64,000 nt of DNA from Mytilus trossulus. Lineage: Eukaryota. This document shows positions 12,565-42,600 of the stretch, piece by piece; position 1 is the stretch's first letter; each line of letters begins with the position of its first letter. The position numbers and the translations under genes were made by a program. The notes beneath the pieces were generated by a model. The model ran no database searches, had not been told where the DNA came from, and was given only the letters and a program-made list of their open reading frames with translations. The DNA is taken from NCBI RefSeq assembly GCF_036588685.1, contig NC_086380.1, positions 5,704,001 to 5,768,000 of the forward strand. Direction: 5' to 3'.

Positions 12565-15500
12565 TTAAAAGTACCTGTTTTTAGGTATATCAACATTTTA
12601 TACTCAAATCTCAACAGATTGTCGGGTATATTTCTAATCCTTAGCAGACAGTGCAAGATTTATCCAATAATCCAGTTTTCTGTATACACGGTCAAAGAGA
12701 CACCTTATGAACATTTAAGGGAAAAGTTGTACTTGGACTATAGGAAACAGAGAACAAAATGCTATTTAAACCTATTCTAGTGATAGTTGGAAAATTATAA
12801 ACTGGCGAAGAAATATTCAACGTTTATTCATCAAACAGAAACAGTGCTAAACTATAGTGTTCAATGCAATTATTTGATTTTTGTCTTTGTGACCAAAGGG
12901 GAGATAATATGAAGATTTTCTTATTATTTGATTGTGATTTCGTTTTTAACTTATATTTGGTTAAGTTTTTTTTCTCAATGTTTTAACAGTGCTGTTAACA
13001 TGATTAACTGGTTTACATATAGTCCTCAATAAGGTATAACTGCTGTTTGTTTTCCTCTATGGTATAAATAGTACTATTGTTACAGTACTAAGTGGGTTTT
13101 TTTACACATTTCTGGTAGAATCTGAATTTCATTCTGTTTAATTGGCTATTTTAAGAATTTTCTATGAAAACAGTTTGGTCAAAAGAAATTGATAAAGAGA
13201 TAAAATTGAGGGTAAATTCAAAATCTACTAAAGAGATAATAAATGCAAAAGGACTTTGATGCTTTAATCTCTTAAACATATCAAAAGCATTTTAAATTAG
13301 ATATAATGAGGTTTTGAAATGCTTCAATTCAATTTAACTCCTGTGTATGCCTGTTTTAAGGTATCCAGAATTATATAATGACACCAATACACTAATCAAG
13401 GGTTTTTTCTCAAATAAGGGAAAAACCTTCTCAATAAGGGAAGTTGGTAGGTCTAAAAAATAGCCACTATAAGAAAAAGAGTTCATAATTTAAAATGGTT
13501 GATTGAATTTTTGTACCATGTTTATCATACATCTATAAAATACTGATTAATCCTGAAAGAAAGAGAATTGAGAAGTAAGGTATTTCTTCTGACTTGAAAT
13601 GTTGATCAAATTTATGTTTGTAAAATGATTTTTTTGGTTGAACTTATAACAAGAATTTAACTGCTGTAGACATTATTTAGGGCCACTGAAAAAGAATCTT
13701 TAAAAACAATTTTGAACGCACATTTTTTCCAAAGGATTTGTTTAGAAAATAAATTTTCATTGCAATATAAATAGGGCAATAGTTTAACCATTTTTGATGT
13801 CTTTATGCAATTTCTGCTCATTTTATTGTTAATTTTTTGTTAGTGTTGAATTGTTCAAGATATTCAAATAGATTTACACATCAGAAAAACTTCTTGCTTC
13901 TTTGGCTCAAAACTTGAAATGCTCAAAGCTGTCTGCTCATGCCAAAGATATTGCTTGAAAAACAGATATACTCAGATGTTTTAATGAATTATTTATTTGC
14001 AGAAAAAAGTTAAATCTTGGAACTTTCAATATCTTTTTTTTCTAATGGTTCTTGGATTTTGCATTTAATACATGTAGTGGAGCTTGCAGCCAAAATATTA
14101 CGGGAAACTATTTGAAATTTATTAATTTTCTCTTTGCATACATAGTTCAACTGAATTTTTTTTGTAAATCCTTATTTTCAGTATAAGAGGGAGTTTTAAA
14201 AGTTGAATGTCTCAAAATTGTTTTACCCTTTTAATCTGTTGAGCGTGTCCCCATCATTTACATGTATATAGCTTTTCATTAATCTTATTTATTTTTATCA
14301 TCATGTAAAAGTTAAAGTTTGCCTGAGTTGTTATTATGAGTCTGTCTGTCTGTCTGTTGTACAAATGTTGTGTTATACTGTGGATTCATTGATATTTGCG
14401 GGATACCAATTTTTATGAATTTTGCGGGAAAGAGGAAATGGTGAATTTAATTTCTTTTTATATGCCCATTTTCCATTTTTCAAACAATATCCTTGAAATG
14501 CTTTGAGAAGATTTCATTAAACTTTGTTGACTGATTTATATCTAATAAGATAACCTCCCTTTAGATTTTCATAAGTTTCTGATATGTCTTGAAAAATTAT
14601 TGATCTTTATTCTTTGAAAAAGCAAGGGCAATGCATAGCTGTATTTTTGTGGTAAGTAGTAAAATGTTAACATGATATTAGGTATTATCAAAATAACTAA
14701 TCTTTCTCCAACAATGAAAATTGATGACAACGAAAAATAAAATGAATCCTCAGTAGATATTATCATCAGTTGTTAATGATTGAACAAACCATTTTAACAT
14801 GCTACTTTTGAATAAAAAATTTAAACCTTATTCTTTATGTTCTTAATTTTTGCTACAACATAGGTAACATTAATATTACATGTATACACATGATACATGT
14901 GAAAGATAAACACGATTTGATTGATTGGTGTCTAACACCACATTCAGCACTATTGTACTATTTCGTGGCGGTCAGTTATTATTAATGGATGAAGCCTGAC
15001 AACCATCATTCTTTGGTAGAAAAACTGACAATCCTAGCCAATTAAGATTTGGGACTCCAGCACATCTGCCACATGCAGGATTCAAACTCGCAACCACAGT
15101 GTTGACAGGGTATTGATACATGTGTAACAGGAATGTGATGTTTCTATAGACTTACTTGACTCCCTGTTGTCTATCCAAGTTCTCAGATATACAACAAACT
15201 ACATAATTACGTAAATAATGAGATGTTTAATTATAGACACATACATGTATGGTTGAATATAATTACATACATGTACATTAAATATGGTGGCTGCTGGTCT
15301 ACTGGTCGTTGTGAGGGTTCCATATATGCCAGTCTAAGTATAAGAGTATCTGCTCATTCTAAATCCTAAGCCATAGACTGCTTGAACCCATCTAGTGACA
15401 TCATATTTATAGTTCCTAGGAACAACAAGCCTAGCTGGGATGTTGAGCATGTGCAGTAAACAAAAAGTAACATGGGAAAAGTATTTACATGGCTAATCTC

Positions 15501-15710
15501 AGGACAAATAGTTGAGGAACAATTATAAAAAAAAATAAACAATACTATTTTTAACCAATTTCTTCATATACATAGTATAAATAACAAGTTGAACAAAATT
15601 TTAAGACTCCAAGCATCAATACACATAATTTCCACTACTTAGCCCACTTGGCCTGACAGGCCCCTAAATACATGTACATGCAGAAGAAGAAATAAAATTC
15701 CCTAGTTTTG

Positions 15711-16310
15711 AACAAAAGTGCACAGGCTAAAAAGTTTAGCCCGTCTTGCTTATCATTGAATTTATGTTGAAAGTCTGTAACATGAGGGTTTTACAAGTGT
15801 CACATAAACTTAACATTATTGATTTTCTATGATAGTGAGGGCATGGTCATATGAACCAGATCAGACAGACATGTACAACTTACAATCATTCCAAACACCA
15901 AATATAGTTGCCATGTTGCTTATAGTATCTGATAAACTGACAAAATTAGGAAACACAAAAACCTAACATTGACCAATGAATCATGAAAATGAGGTCAAGA
16001 TCAAATGATACATGCAAGTCTGACATGTACATCTAACATTCGTTCCATATACCAAATATAGTTGACCTAATGCTTAAGGTACTTGAAAAACAGATCAAAA
16101 TTTAGAAACAAAATATTGTTCAATGAACCATGAAAATGAGTTTCAAGGTCAAACGATACCGGCTAGTCAGACTGTACACCTTACATTCATTCCATACACC
16201 TAAAATAGTGGTCCTAATTCTTTTTTTTAAGAGTTCTTAAAAAACATGCCAAAACATAATAAAAACTTAACATTGACCAATGAACCATGAAAATAAGATC
16301 AATTTGAAAC
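15711..16310 (-). mobile_element. Truncated HINE-like element related to, and inverted relative to, the 16366-17300 element
   Basis: Repeated catgaaaatgaggtcaag units (reverse complement of the neighbour's unit). Hairpin GCTAAAAAGTTTAGC near the left end. Confidence 0.6.
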
Positions 16311-16365
16311 CTTCAATAATAGTCTCAAGCAAAATTTTACATTGATAACCAACAGTAAGTACTGT

Positions 16366-17300
16366 GTTTTTGTCGAGCCTGCAGCAGAAAGCTAGATATA
16401 GGGATAGTGATCCGGTGGTGTTAGCTCACTTCTTAAAAGCTTTATATTTAAGAAGGTGGAAGACCTGGATGCTTCATACTTTGTATATAGATGCCTCATG
16501 TAATAAATTTTCCGTCAGTCACATGTTCAATGTCCTTGACCCTATTTTCATGGTTCAGTGACTACATGAAAAAAAGTTAAGATTTTTTGTAATGTTAAAT
16601 TTTCTCTTATTATAAGTAGTAGGATAGCTATATTTGGTATGTGTGTACCTTGCAAGGTCTTCATGCCTGTCAGACAGTTTTCACTTGACCTCAACCTCAT
16701 TTCATGGATCAGCGAACAAGGTTAAGTTTTGGTGGTCAAGTACAGAACTCAGATACTATAAGCAATAGGTCTAGTATATTTGTTGTATAGAAGGACTAAA
16801 GTGTACATGTCCAACTGGCAGGTGTCACCTGACCTTAACCTCATTTTAATGGTTCGGTGGTTGTTTTGGTCTGGGTTTTTTTATACTGTATGCAATAGGT
16901 CTACTATATTTGGTGTATGGAATGATTGTAAGGTGTTCATGTCTAGCTGGCATGAGTCATCTGACCTTGACCTCATTTTCATTTTTCAGTGGTCAAATTT
17001 AATAGTTTTTGAGTTTTGATCTTTTTTTCTTATTCTATATGCAATAGGTCAACTCTATTTGATGTATGGAAATATTTAATGATCTAAATGTCAGTTGTGC
17101 AGGTTTTATTTGACCTTGACCTCCTTTTTACAGCTCATTGCTCAATGTTAAGTTTTTGTGTTTTGGTCTGTTTTTCTCAATCTTATATTTGTTGCATGGA
17201 AGAATTGTTAGCTGTACATGTCTGCCTGGCATGTCCATCTGACCTTGACCTCATTTTTATATGGTTCATTGGTCAATGTTATTATTTATGTTGGAAATAG
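16366..17300 (+). mobile_element. Degenerate HINE-like element with ~130-bp TGACCTTGACCTCATTTT repeats
   Basis: Starts TTTTTGTCGAGCC, the same terminus as the 29748-30428 element. Repeated tgaccttgacctcatttt units. The end is approximate. Confidence 0.7.
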
Positions 17301-17477
17301 CACACTCTTGTCAACACAACAGTTTAGTTAATACTCAGATAAAAATACTTTTAAGACGTAATTTTACTCTTTATTGCATCTCGAAATTAACAATGAAATT
17401 CTACACTTTTTATACATGCAAATATCTACTGGTAACATTAACAAAGCAGTATAACAATATTTCTAAACTTTTTTTGG

Positions 17478-17598
17478 CAATAACATGATTCGTCTGTCAC
17501 ATGACAATAACATGAGTCATCTGTCACATGACAATAACATGAATCATCTGTCACATGACAATAACATGATTCGTCTGTCACATGACAATAACATGATT
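17478..17598. repeat. 27-bp minisatellite, about 4.5 copies
   Basis: caataacatgattcgtctgtcacatga units start at 17478, 17505, 17532, 17559 and 17586. Confidence 0.93.
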
Positions 17599-18426
17599 TG
17601 TATGACTATATAAAACATTTATTCTAAAATTGTAAAATGATTATAGAATAACTACGAAAGAATTTGCAGAAAATGAGGATGGAAAAATGCACAATCAAGG
17701 ACCAAAAAACACATTAATCAACATGATCAATGACAATGCATGATATAGGAGCTGATTTATTGCTATTGTTCTGTCTAGCTATATTTTCCCTATTTGGACT
17801 AATGGGTATTTACCCTATACCATGGATTCTGGTAAAAACAAGAATACTTGCTTTGTACTAAGTGTAACTCTTAAACTGAAGGGCAACTAGACCTCTTCTT
17901 TTTTTTTTATAATCAAGATTTACACTTACAATGCATCTGGACCCAGAAATATTTAATTATTTTTCAGGATCCAAAAAATAATTGCAATTGTCAAAACTAT
18001 GTTGATTGACTTTTTTTGTTGACCTCTGGATTGGACCTTTATTTTTGTTTATAATCAAGATTTACACTTACAATGCATCTGAACCCAGGAATAGTTAATT
18101 ATTTTTCAGACTTTATTAGATTTCCATCATTTTAGTTGCAGAAGCTTGAGTACCTGGAGAAAACCCCTAAACATGGCATTAAAACTAAAATCTAGTCAAT
18201 TCAGATTAGTGGGTTATACACAACCTAACAGAAGTGAAATTAATTATCATGCAAAAAATGGATTTATTTCATGATCATTATATTATATTTCACAGCAAAT
18301 ACAAACGTAATCTTAACATTCTTATATTCTAAAATCTAGTCAATTTAGATTTAATAGTGGGTTATACACCTTGTGAGCAGGGTTTTAACTCACATACTAA
18401 CATAAGAGAAATAAATTATCATGCAA

Positions 18427-18721
18427 AACAAGAATGTGTCCCAAGTACACGAATGTCCCAACCCCACTATCATTTTCTATGTTCAGTGGACCTTGACATT
18501 GGGGTAAAAACTCTAATTTGGCATTAAAATTAGAAAAATCATATCATAGGGAACATTTGTACTAAGTTTGAAGTCGATTTGACTTCAACTTCATCAAAAA
18601 CTACCTTGACCAAAAACTTTAACTTTGAAGCAGGACAGACGGAAGGATAAAAGAACGGACGAACGGCCGCACAGACCAGAAAACATAATGTCCCTCTGCT
18701 ATAGTAGGTGGGTCATAAAAA
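18427..18721 (-). mobile_element. Short HINE-like element inserted in an A-run
   Basis: GACG/GACA microsatellite at about 18635-18678 and a TGACC-type core. It interrupts one copy of a local duplication whose other copy shows the empty site. Confidence 0.75.
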
Positions 18722-18976
18722 ATGGATTTATTTCATGATCATAATATTTCACAGCAAATTCAAACATACTCTTAACATTCTTATATTATAAAATCTATTC
18801 AACAACATGTAATGAAAGACTGACAATAGCACTATCTAGAATTAACTAATAATAACTCTAGATATCAATTTTGATTGACAAAAATCATTATATTATTTAT
18901 GAACCAAAATATTAGACAGTAGTTCAACCTAGTTCACTGTCAAAAGCATACTGGCACATCAATCATAGTTAATGGG

Positions 18977-19197
18977 GGGTCTCATGGGGGGTTTCGATCC
19001 TGGATCCCGCTAATTGTTTTGTCAGAATACTGTATCCGGCTTACACTATGTACGTAAGCAATTATAATTTTTTTTGTCATTTCCCGGGTCCCGCTAGACC
19101 TCATTTCCCGTTTTCACGACACAATAATTTGGCTGTCACGTTTCACGCTTACGAAAAATTGACAATCCCACGTCAGGCTTAGACCCCAATGAGACCC
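18977..19197. mobile_element. MITE with GGGTCTCAT(T)GGGG TIRs
   Basis: gggtctcatgggg ... ccccaatgagaccc. A second, inverted copy lies at about 57638-57816. Confidence 0.75.
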
Positions 19198-19351
19198 AAA
19201 TAATGATTCATTATGCTCAAATAATGAGAATACAGGTAAATGCTGTAAAGACATTTATATTTGTTATACACAAAATAAAATAAATAAATTGTATCATGAT
19301 GTTTGTAATTGTATTTTGTATTCACAAACTTAAACTTTTTCACAGTACAAT

Positions 19352-37109
<17,758 letters not shown>

Positions 37110-39535
37110 TGGCTAAATGTCTTCAATTCTTCAATGCTACATTTTTCTGAAAAAAAGACACAGGTTATAATGATATATAATATCATAAATTGTATAAGTA
37201 AAATGAAGGTGTGTGACTGCATTTTTTGTTTGTTTAAGAATGAATTGTGATACTTATCTAAGATAATGCATATAGATTTCACTTGGACCCATGTATATTT
37301 TTCAGTATTGATGTTACAGATTTTTATGTTTATTTTAAAACTGTTTCAATATTTAATCAGTGGACTGAGTTTGAAATGGCTTGTCAACTTATCATTAATT
37401 TGAGAGGAGTCATGGGCGAGGCTCAGACAATTTTTTCGTTTTCTGGAATATTAGTATATGCAGGATTATCAGTAATTGAAAAGTTTGTTATTGGCATTGG
37501 TTCAACATATTTAAAAATTGAAATTGAAAAATTGTCTACCAGTAAAAAAGGAAAGTAAAAATATTTCCAAGTTTGATCAGCAGTTCAAAATTATAGCACA
37601 AAGGCATATCCAGGTCTAAGAGCAATTTTGATTAGAATTTATACATTTTGTATTTGGTTGATCTATTGATTTCAAAATTGAATAGTGAAATGTGGAAAGC
37701 AGTAGGTTCAATAAGACCCCTTTTTGGTCCCAAAATATAACAGTTTTACAAAATTTTGAAAATTTAATCTTTTAGCAATTTTCTGGAAAATACAATGCTT
37801 CTGCTACATAGATATGGGCTGTTTTTGAAAATACAATGCACATACATGTATATCGGCTGGTACTAGCATCATTAAGTCATGCTACATTACTGAAATCTTC
37901 TCAATTTTGGCATTTCAGTTAAATTTTAGCATTTTCTGTCTGAAACGAGGATGAACATGGATTTGACAAAAACCATGAAAAGTGATGTTTTTTGGCATAT
38001 TTGACAGATTTTTCATATTTAAGCTTCAACGGAGCGTTTTAATGACTAAGTCAGTTTAAATCTTTCACATAAACTAATTCATGTAATTGAATCAATTGAA
38101 ATAGACACTTACATGACTTAAGTGTTTAAAAAGTGTCCAAAATCTTTTTTAGATGAACTTGAAATTTGAGGCCAAAATCGGACCTTACCCACCCTTCTCC
38201 TTTGTATATTTGAATTGAACATTTTATGAATATTTATTTGTATATATTACTTTTTTATATAATTTTTTTTTTTTTTCAAATGTTATTTAATAAACATTTT
38301 TCTTATGTTCCTTAATCATGATCATGTTAATCTATTTAACATTTGCAAATTTAGCAATGTTATTTATTTTTGCTTACCATATTAAAAGAACTTATTGTAA
38401 TGAAATAATTAAAATATATTTGAATATCAACTAATTGCCAGTTGCCTCAGTGTCAGAGTGCAATGCAGACTAAAGTTCAGCCAGATAGCATCACAATGGC
38501 TATTCTAATTTGGTTTTCAATTTGCAGTAATGTCTACTAATCTATGAAAAGGGTTTTGATCTTCTTCTTCTTCTTCCGTTAAGGAGTAATTGACGTTATA
38601 TTTGAGTGATCAACTAAATGTTGTGAGGATGTTTTGATACATGCAATAAACTTAGTCAGTGTATTGAATACATCTTTACTTTCTTTTCATTAGATTGTAA
38701 ATTGTATTTCTGTCTTGAGTTTTATTTGAAGTGCAATTGAATTGAATATCCCCCATACACTTAGTCCAAATAATTACCATGTCTTGGAACATGTGGAAGG
38801 CTAATTTAAATTGTTTGCTCTTTCGCTTTTCGTTGATGTAAGGCATCAAAGAAAAAATATAATAGCCTTTCAAGACGTCATAATAGGGCTCTTCACCGTT
38901 AGCTTGGCCATATGGGATAGGGGGAAGATTTTCATAATGGAGGTAAAAATGGTATGAAAAATTCAGGAAAACATCATTAAAACAGAGCAGTTGCTTGGAA
39001 ACACACATACTTTCATACTACATGTACTATTTAATTTCCAAAACATCTCCCCCCTATCTAAATTATATGGTCGAACTAACAATGCATAAAGCATAAAAGA
39101 TTTATTGAAAGTCGGTTATACATATAACAATACAACATAAGCTCTGTAGAGCTTTTATCCGATGAAGAGCCCTATTATTTGGACTACCATACACTGTCAC
39201 TGTATCCAGAACCACTCCCCGTACATGACAAAAATACTACTAAAGGTTGCGAGTTAATATAACCAGGCCCCTATTTGACTAGGTGCAGATCTGACTAGAG
39301 CTAGTGCCGATTTGACCAGGGGCCGAAGTGACCAGAACAGTAGAAATCTATGTTTCGTCTGAACTTGGGCCTCTTTTTAAAAACTTTTCCTGTGTGAAAT
39401 TTAATGAACAAAAACAAGTGTACCCTCTGATCTCATACCATAAATTCTATTTTCTTCTCGTTTTTTTATCAATTCATCTACATTTTTAACATCATTTGGT
39501 CCAAATTTTCATTCTTTCATGTGTTTACAAAATGA

Positions 39536-39544
39536 CCGGAAGTG
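39536..39544 (+). promoter_or_regulatory. ETS/GABP-type motif CCGGAAGTG in the putative CYP4 / LZTR1 promoter region
   Basis: Exact consensus match about 115 nt upstream of the CYP4 ATG, in a locally CpG-containing patch. Function is inferred only. Confidence 0.45.
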
Positions 39545-39656
39545 GCGATCGGAACCTCTCGTTTCTGAGCTATTCCGAAAGCACTCATGTGCTGTTTACT
39601 TTTTGATCATTAGATTAGAATGGATTAATGATCCAAAATATTAATTGGCAGTCAAA

Positions 39657-42600
39657 ATGGCTATAGTATTCACGTTAATAGTTTCATCTGTCATATTGTT
39701 TTCTATATATTACCTGGCTACTAAATTTTCAGAATGGTTTTTGTGGACATCAAAAAGAAACAAAATGATAGAAAGTTTTCCAGGAAGACCGGCTCATTTG
39801 ATTTGGGGAAATCTCAAAGAAGTATGTATGTGCCTTATTAAGCAACTAAAAACTTTTTTAGTATCCGTTACAAGCTTGATTTTTCCAATCAGTTACCTAT
39901 TTGCATTAATTTATACTTACCCCAAGCATTTTTCAGTTTTTACATTTAATATGGGAAGAGGGGCGGAAGACATTTTTTAGACATGTATGTATGTACGTAG
40001 ATCCCTCCGTTTACGGTGCACCCCTCCAGATCTGCGAGGGTACAGTGGAATCCGTGTACACTCCCTATCGGGATTAATGGAGATGTGTCACTAACGTATT
40101 TACAATGTTCAATATTTACAAGGACAATCCCCACCCAACACCAGGGAGTGTTAGGACACAGGGTAGAGTCTGTTTTTATGGTGGAGGAAGCCGAAGTACT
40201 CGGAGAGAACCACCAGGCTGCTCGATACAGATATCAGCAGATTGATCTCCAGGTCAAAGTCGGGAGCAACTTTGATCAACCGAGGCCCCCATAGTACCCT
40301 TCTGATGTACTGATATTTTTAGCATCCCGAGTGAGAATCGAACTTGGGACCTTCAGCACTGTAGCAATCGGTCTTAACCACTAGACCACGAACTCACACA
40401 TGGTAATTGAACCGTTCAATTTGCCTAAACTCAGAAATAGCTGCTTTAATTGCCAAAATTCAGGATTTAATTATATTGTGATTTGGAAACAGTCACATTA
40501 TTTCTGGGGGAAGTCGCAATCAGGAACATCATTTCAGCGTGAAACAGGGATTTCATTTTATAGCAATGGATATTTGTCACTCCATTAATTACCTCTCAAA
40601 GCAAAAATTACCTACAAAACTACAAAATTGTATATCAGTACAATCTTCAGAGAAAGTGTAACAGAATTGTATCATCATTACAATATTTTTTAACATTTTA
40701 TTATATATTTCAGAGTTGTCTTATAATATTATGTAGTCGATATTTATTCTTGGTCCCTTCTTTTCTCTGGTACAATGAAACAAAAGTGAAATTTGGAACA
40801 GCATGAACAGTATTGAAACTTATAATATTGTGACGACATTTTTTTTTTACATGTCTATCTATGATCATGCATGGCAATTTTAATAGCATCCACTTTAAAT
40901 TTTACAGTAATACAGGATTTGGCATATATAGGCTTTGTAATTTGGGATGTGGCACCTGTTTACATCTCTCTAGAAAGGATAATTTGTAACCTAGCTATAT
41001 CTTGCTTTATCATCATACATGTATATATATGATTATATATATACAAATGTAGTTTTATTACCCTAATGGCCTTATATTTTAATGAAATCTGAAAGTACAT
41101 GTATTCTTGTGTTGGAAATGATGATTACTATTTTTTTTTAAGTAAATGTAAATACCCTGCAATAACAATAGTTTGGTAAGTTATACCCTATGTCATGTAT
41201 GTTTACAATGGTAAAAGAATGATGTTTGACAATTGATCTTTAACGATCAATAAGAATAAACAACAACCATGACAACCATATTTAAAGCACTTTTCTGTGT
41301 TTACAAAATTATTCATTCGGTACCAGTAATAAAAATGAAAATTACAAAAGAGGGTTTTGCAAAAAAAATATTATTTGAAAGGAGAGGATTGAAACTGAAG
41401 TTAAAGAAACAATTGCCTAAAATGAAATTTATATAAGATGCTGATTTATATACATGTCAGAATAGATTGATGTCAGGTAAGCAGGTAAGGATACAATCAA
41501 ATATCTGTCTTTGACTTTCTAAATCAACAATTTACAGAAATTTAAACTTACACCAATTTGTGATCCCTCCATTTATCCATTTGCAGTTAAATTTGATGGT
41601 TGACAAACCAACATTAAAGGTACATGTACTAAAATGTATACCCTGAAAAAAACTTAAATTCTAATATTGGAAGACCGCTCAGGATAACAGATGAACATGC
41701 ATTGTCTTTGTGTTTCCATGTGAGATCCATGGCCTAGTCAGACCTGACGTGAAAAATCTAAGTAATTTTTTTTCTAATTCAGTGACAGTCCAAATTTTTA
41801 GTTTATAGTTAATTGTCGCATATGCAAGGGAATGCATACATGATGGTTATGTAAAACGGTATTTAACTTTGCCTTACAAACATTTAGTGTATATATATAC
41901 TGTGGATTCATTAATTTTCGTTGGATACCAATTTTCATGGATTTCGTGGTTACAGGTGAACCACGAAATTAAATGTTCCACGAATGAGAAATTTACTATA
42001 AGCTTGTATGTAGACTGTATCAAAACCACGAAATTAAATATCCACAAACATGCAAGTTTTCCCTAATCCACAAAAATTGGTACCCACGAAAATAAATGAA
42101 TCCACAGTATTCTATTTAGCTTAAATTTAAATATTTTAGTATCCAGGTCCAAACGAGGCAGGTTTACAATGGGCTCGAGAATGGGTGACAGAATTTCCAT
42201 TGGCATCTAGATTTTGGCTTGGACCTTTTATTCCACTCATCTGTATATATCATCCTGATACAACTAAATTAGTTCTAAAATCCTCAGGTAAATATTTCTA
42301 AATTTACTATTTATTTATAGTTCCCAGGTATTAATGATGAAGGACTCAAGTTCCAGAGAGAAGAGACTGGATTATTTCCCAAAGTGTCTCGTGGTTGGTT
42401 AGGACCCTTTTTGCCAATGTTATTTGTCTACCATCCAGAAACTACCAAAATTGTCTTGAAATCATCAGGTATGTTTCAATCCTTCCAGTGAATAAATTCC
42501 AAGTGTCTGTCCAATTTTGCATCCTTTCCCCCCCTGTCTACCCTTTATACCATTACTTTTAGAACCTTATCTATTGTGTTAATTATAAATTACAAAAAGA

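Noticed and set aside
40325-40395. tRNA gene on the - strand
   Set aside because: A and B boxes are present but the acceptor stem does not pair, and a SINE body and tail follow. Called a SINE instead.
40737-40772. Possible third, decayed copy of CYP4 exon 2 ([12 protein letters not shown] resembles [12 protein letters not shown])
   Set aside because: Similarity covers only 12 codons, is bounded by stops, and the flanks do not align to 2A or 2B. It cannot be told apart from chance.
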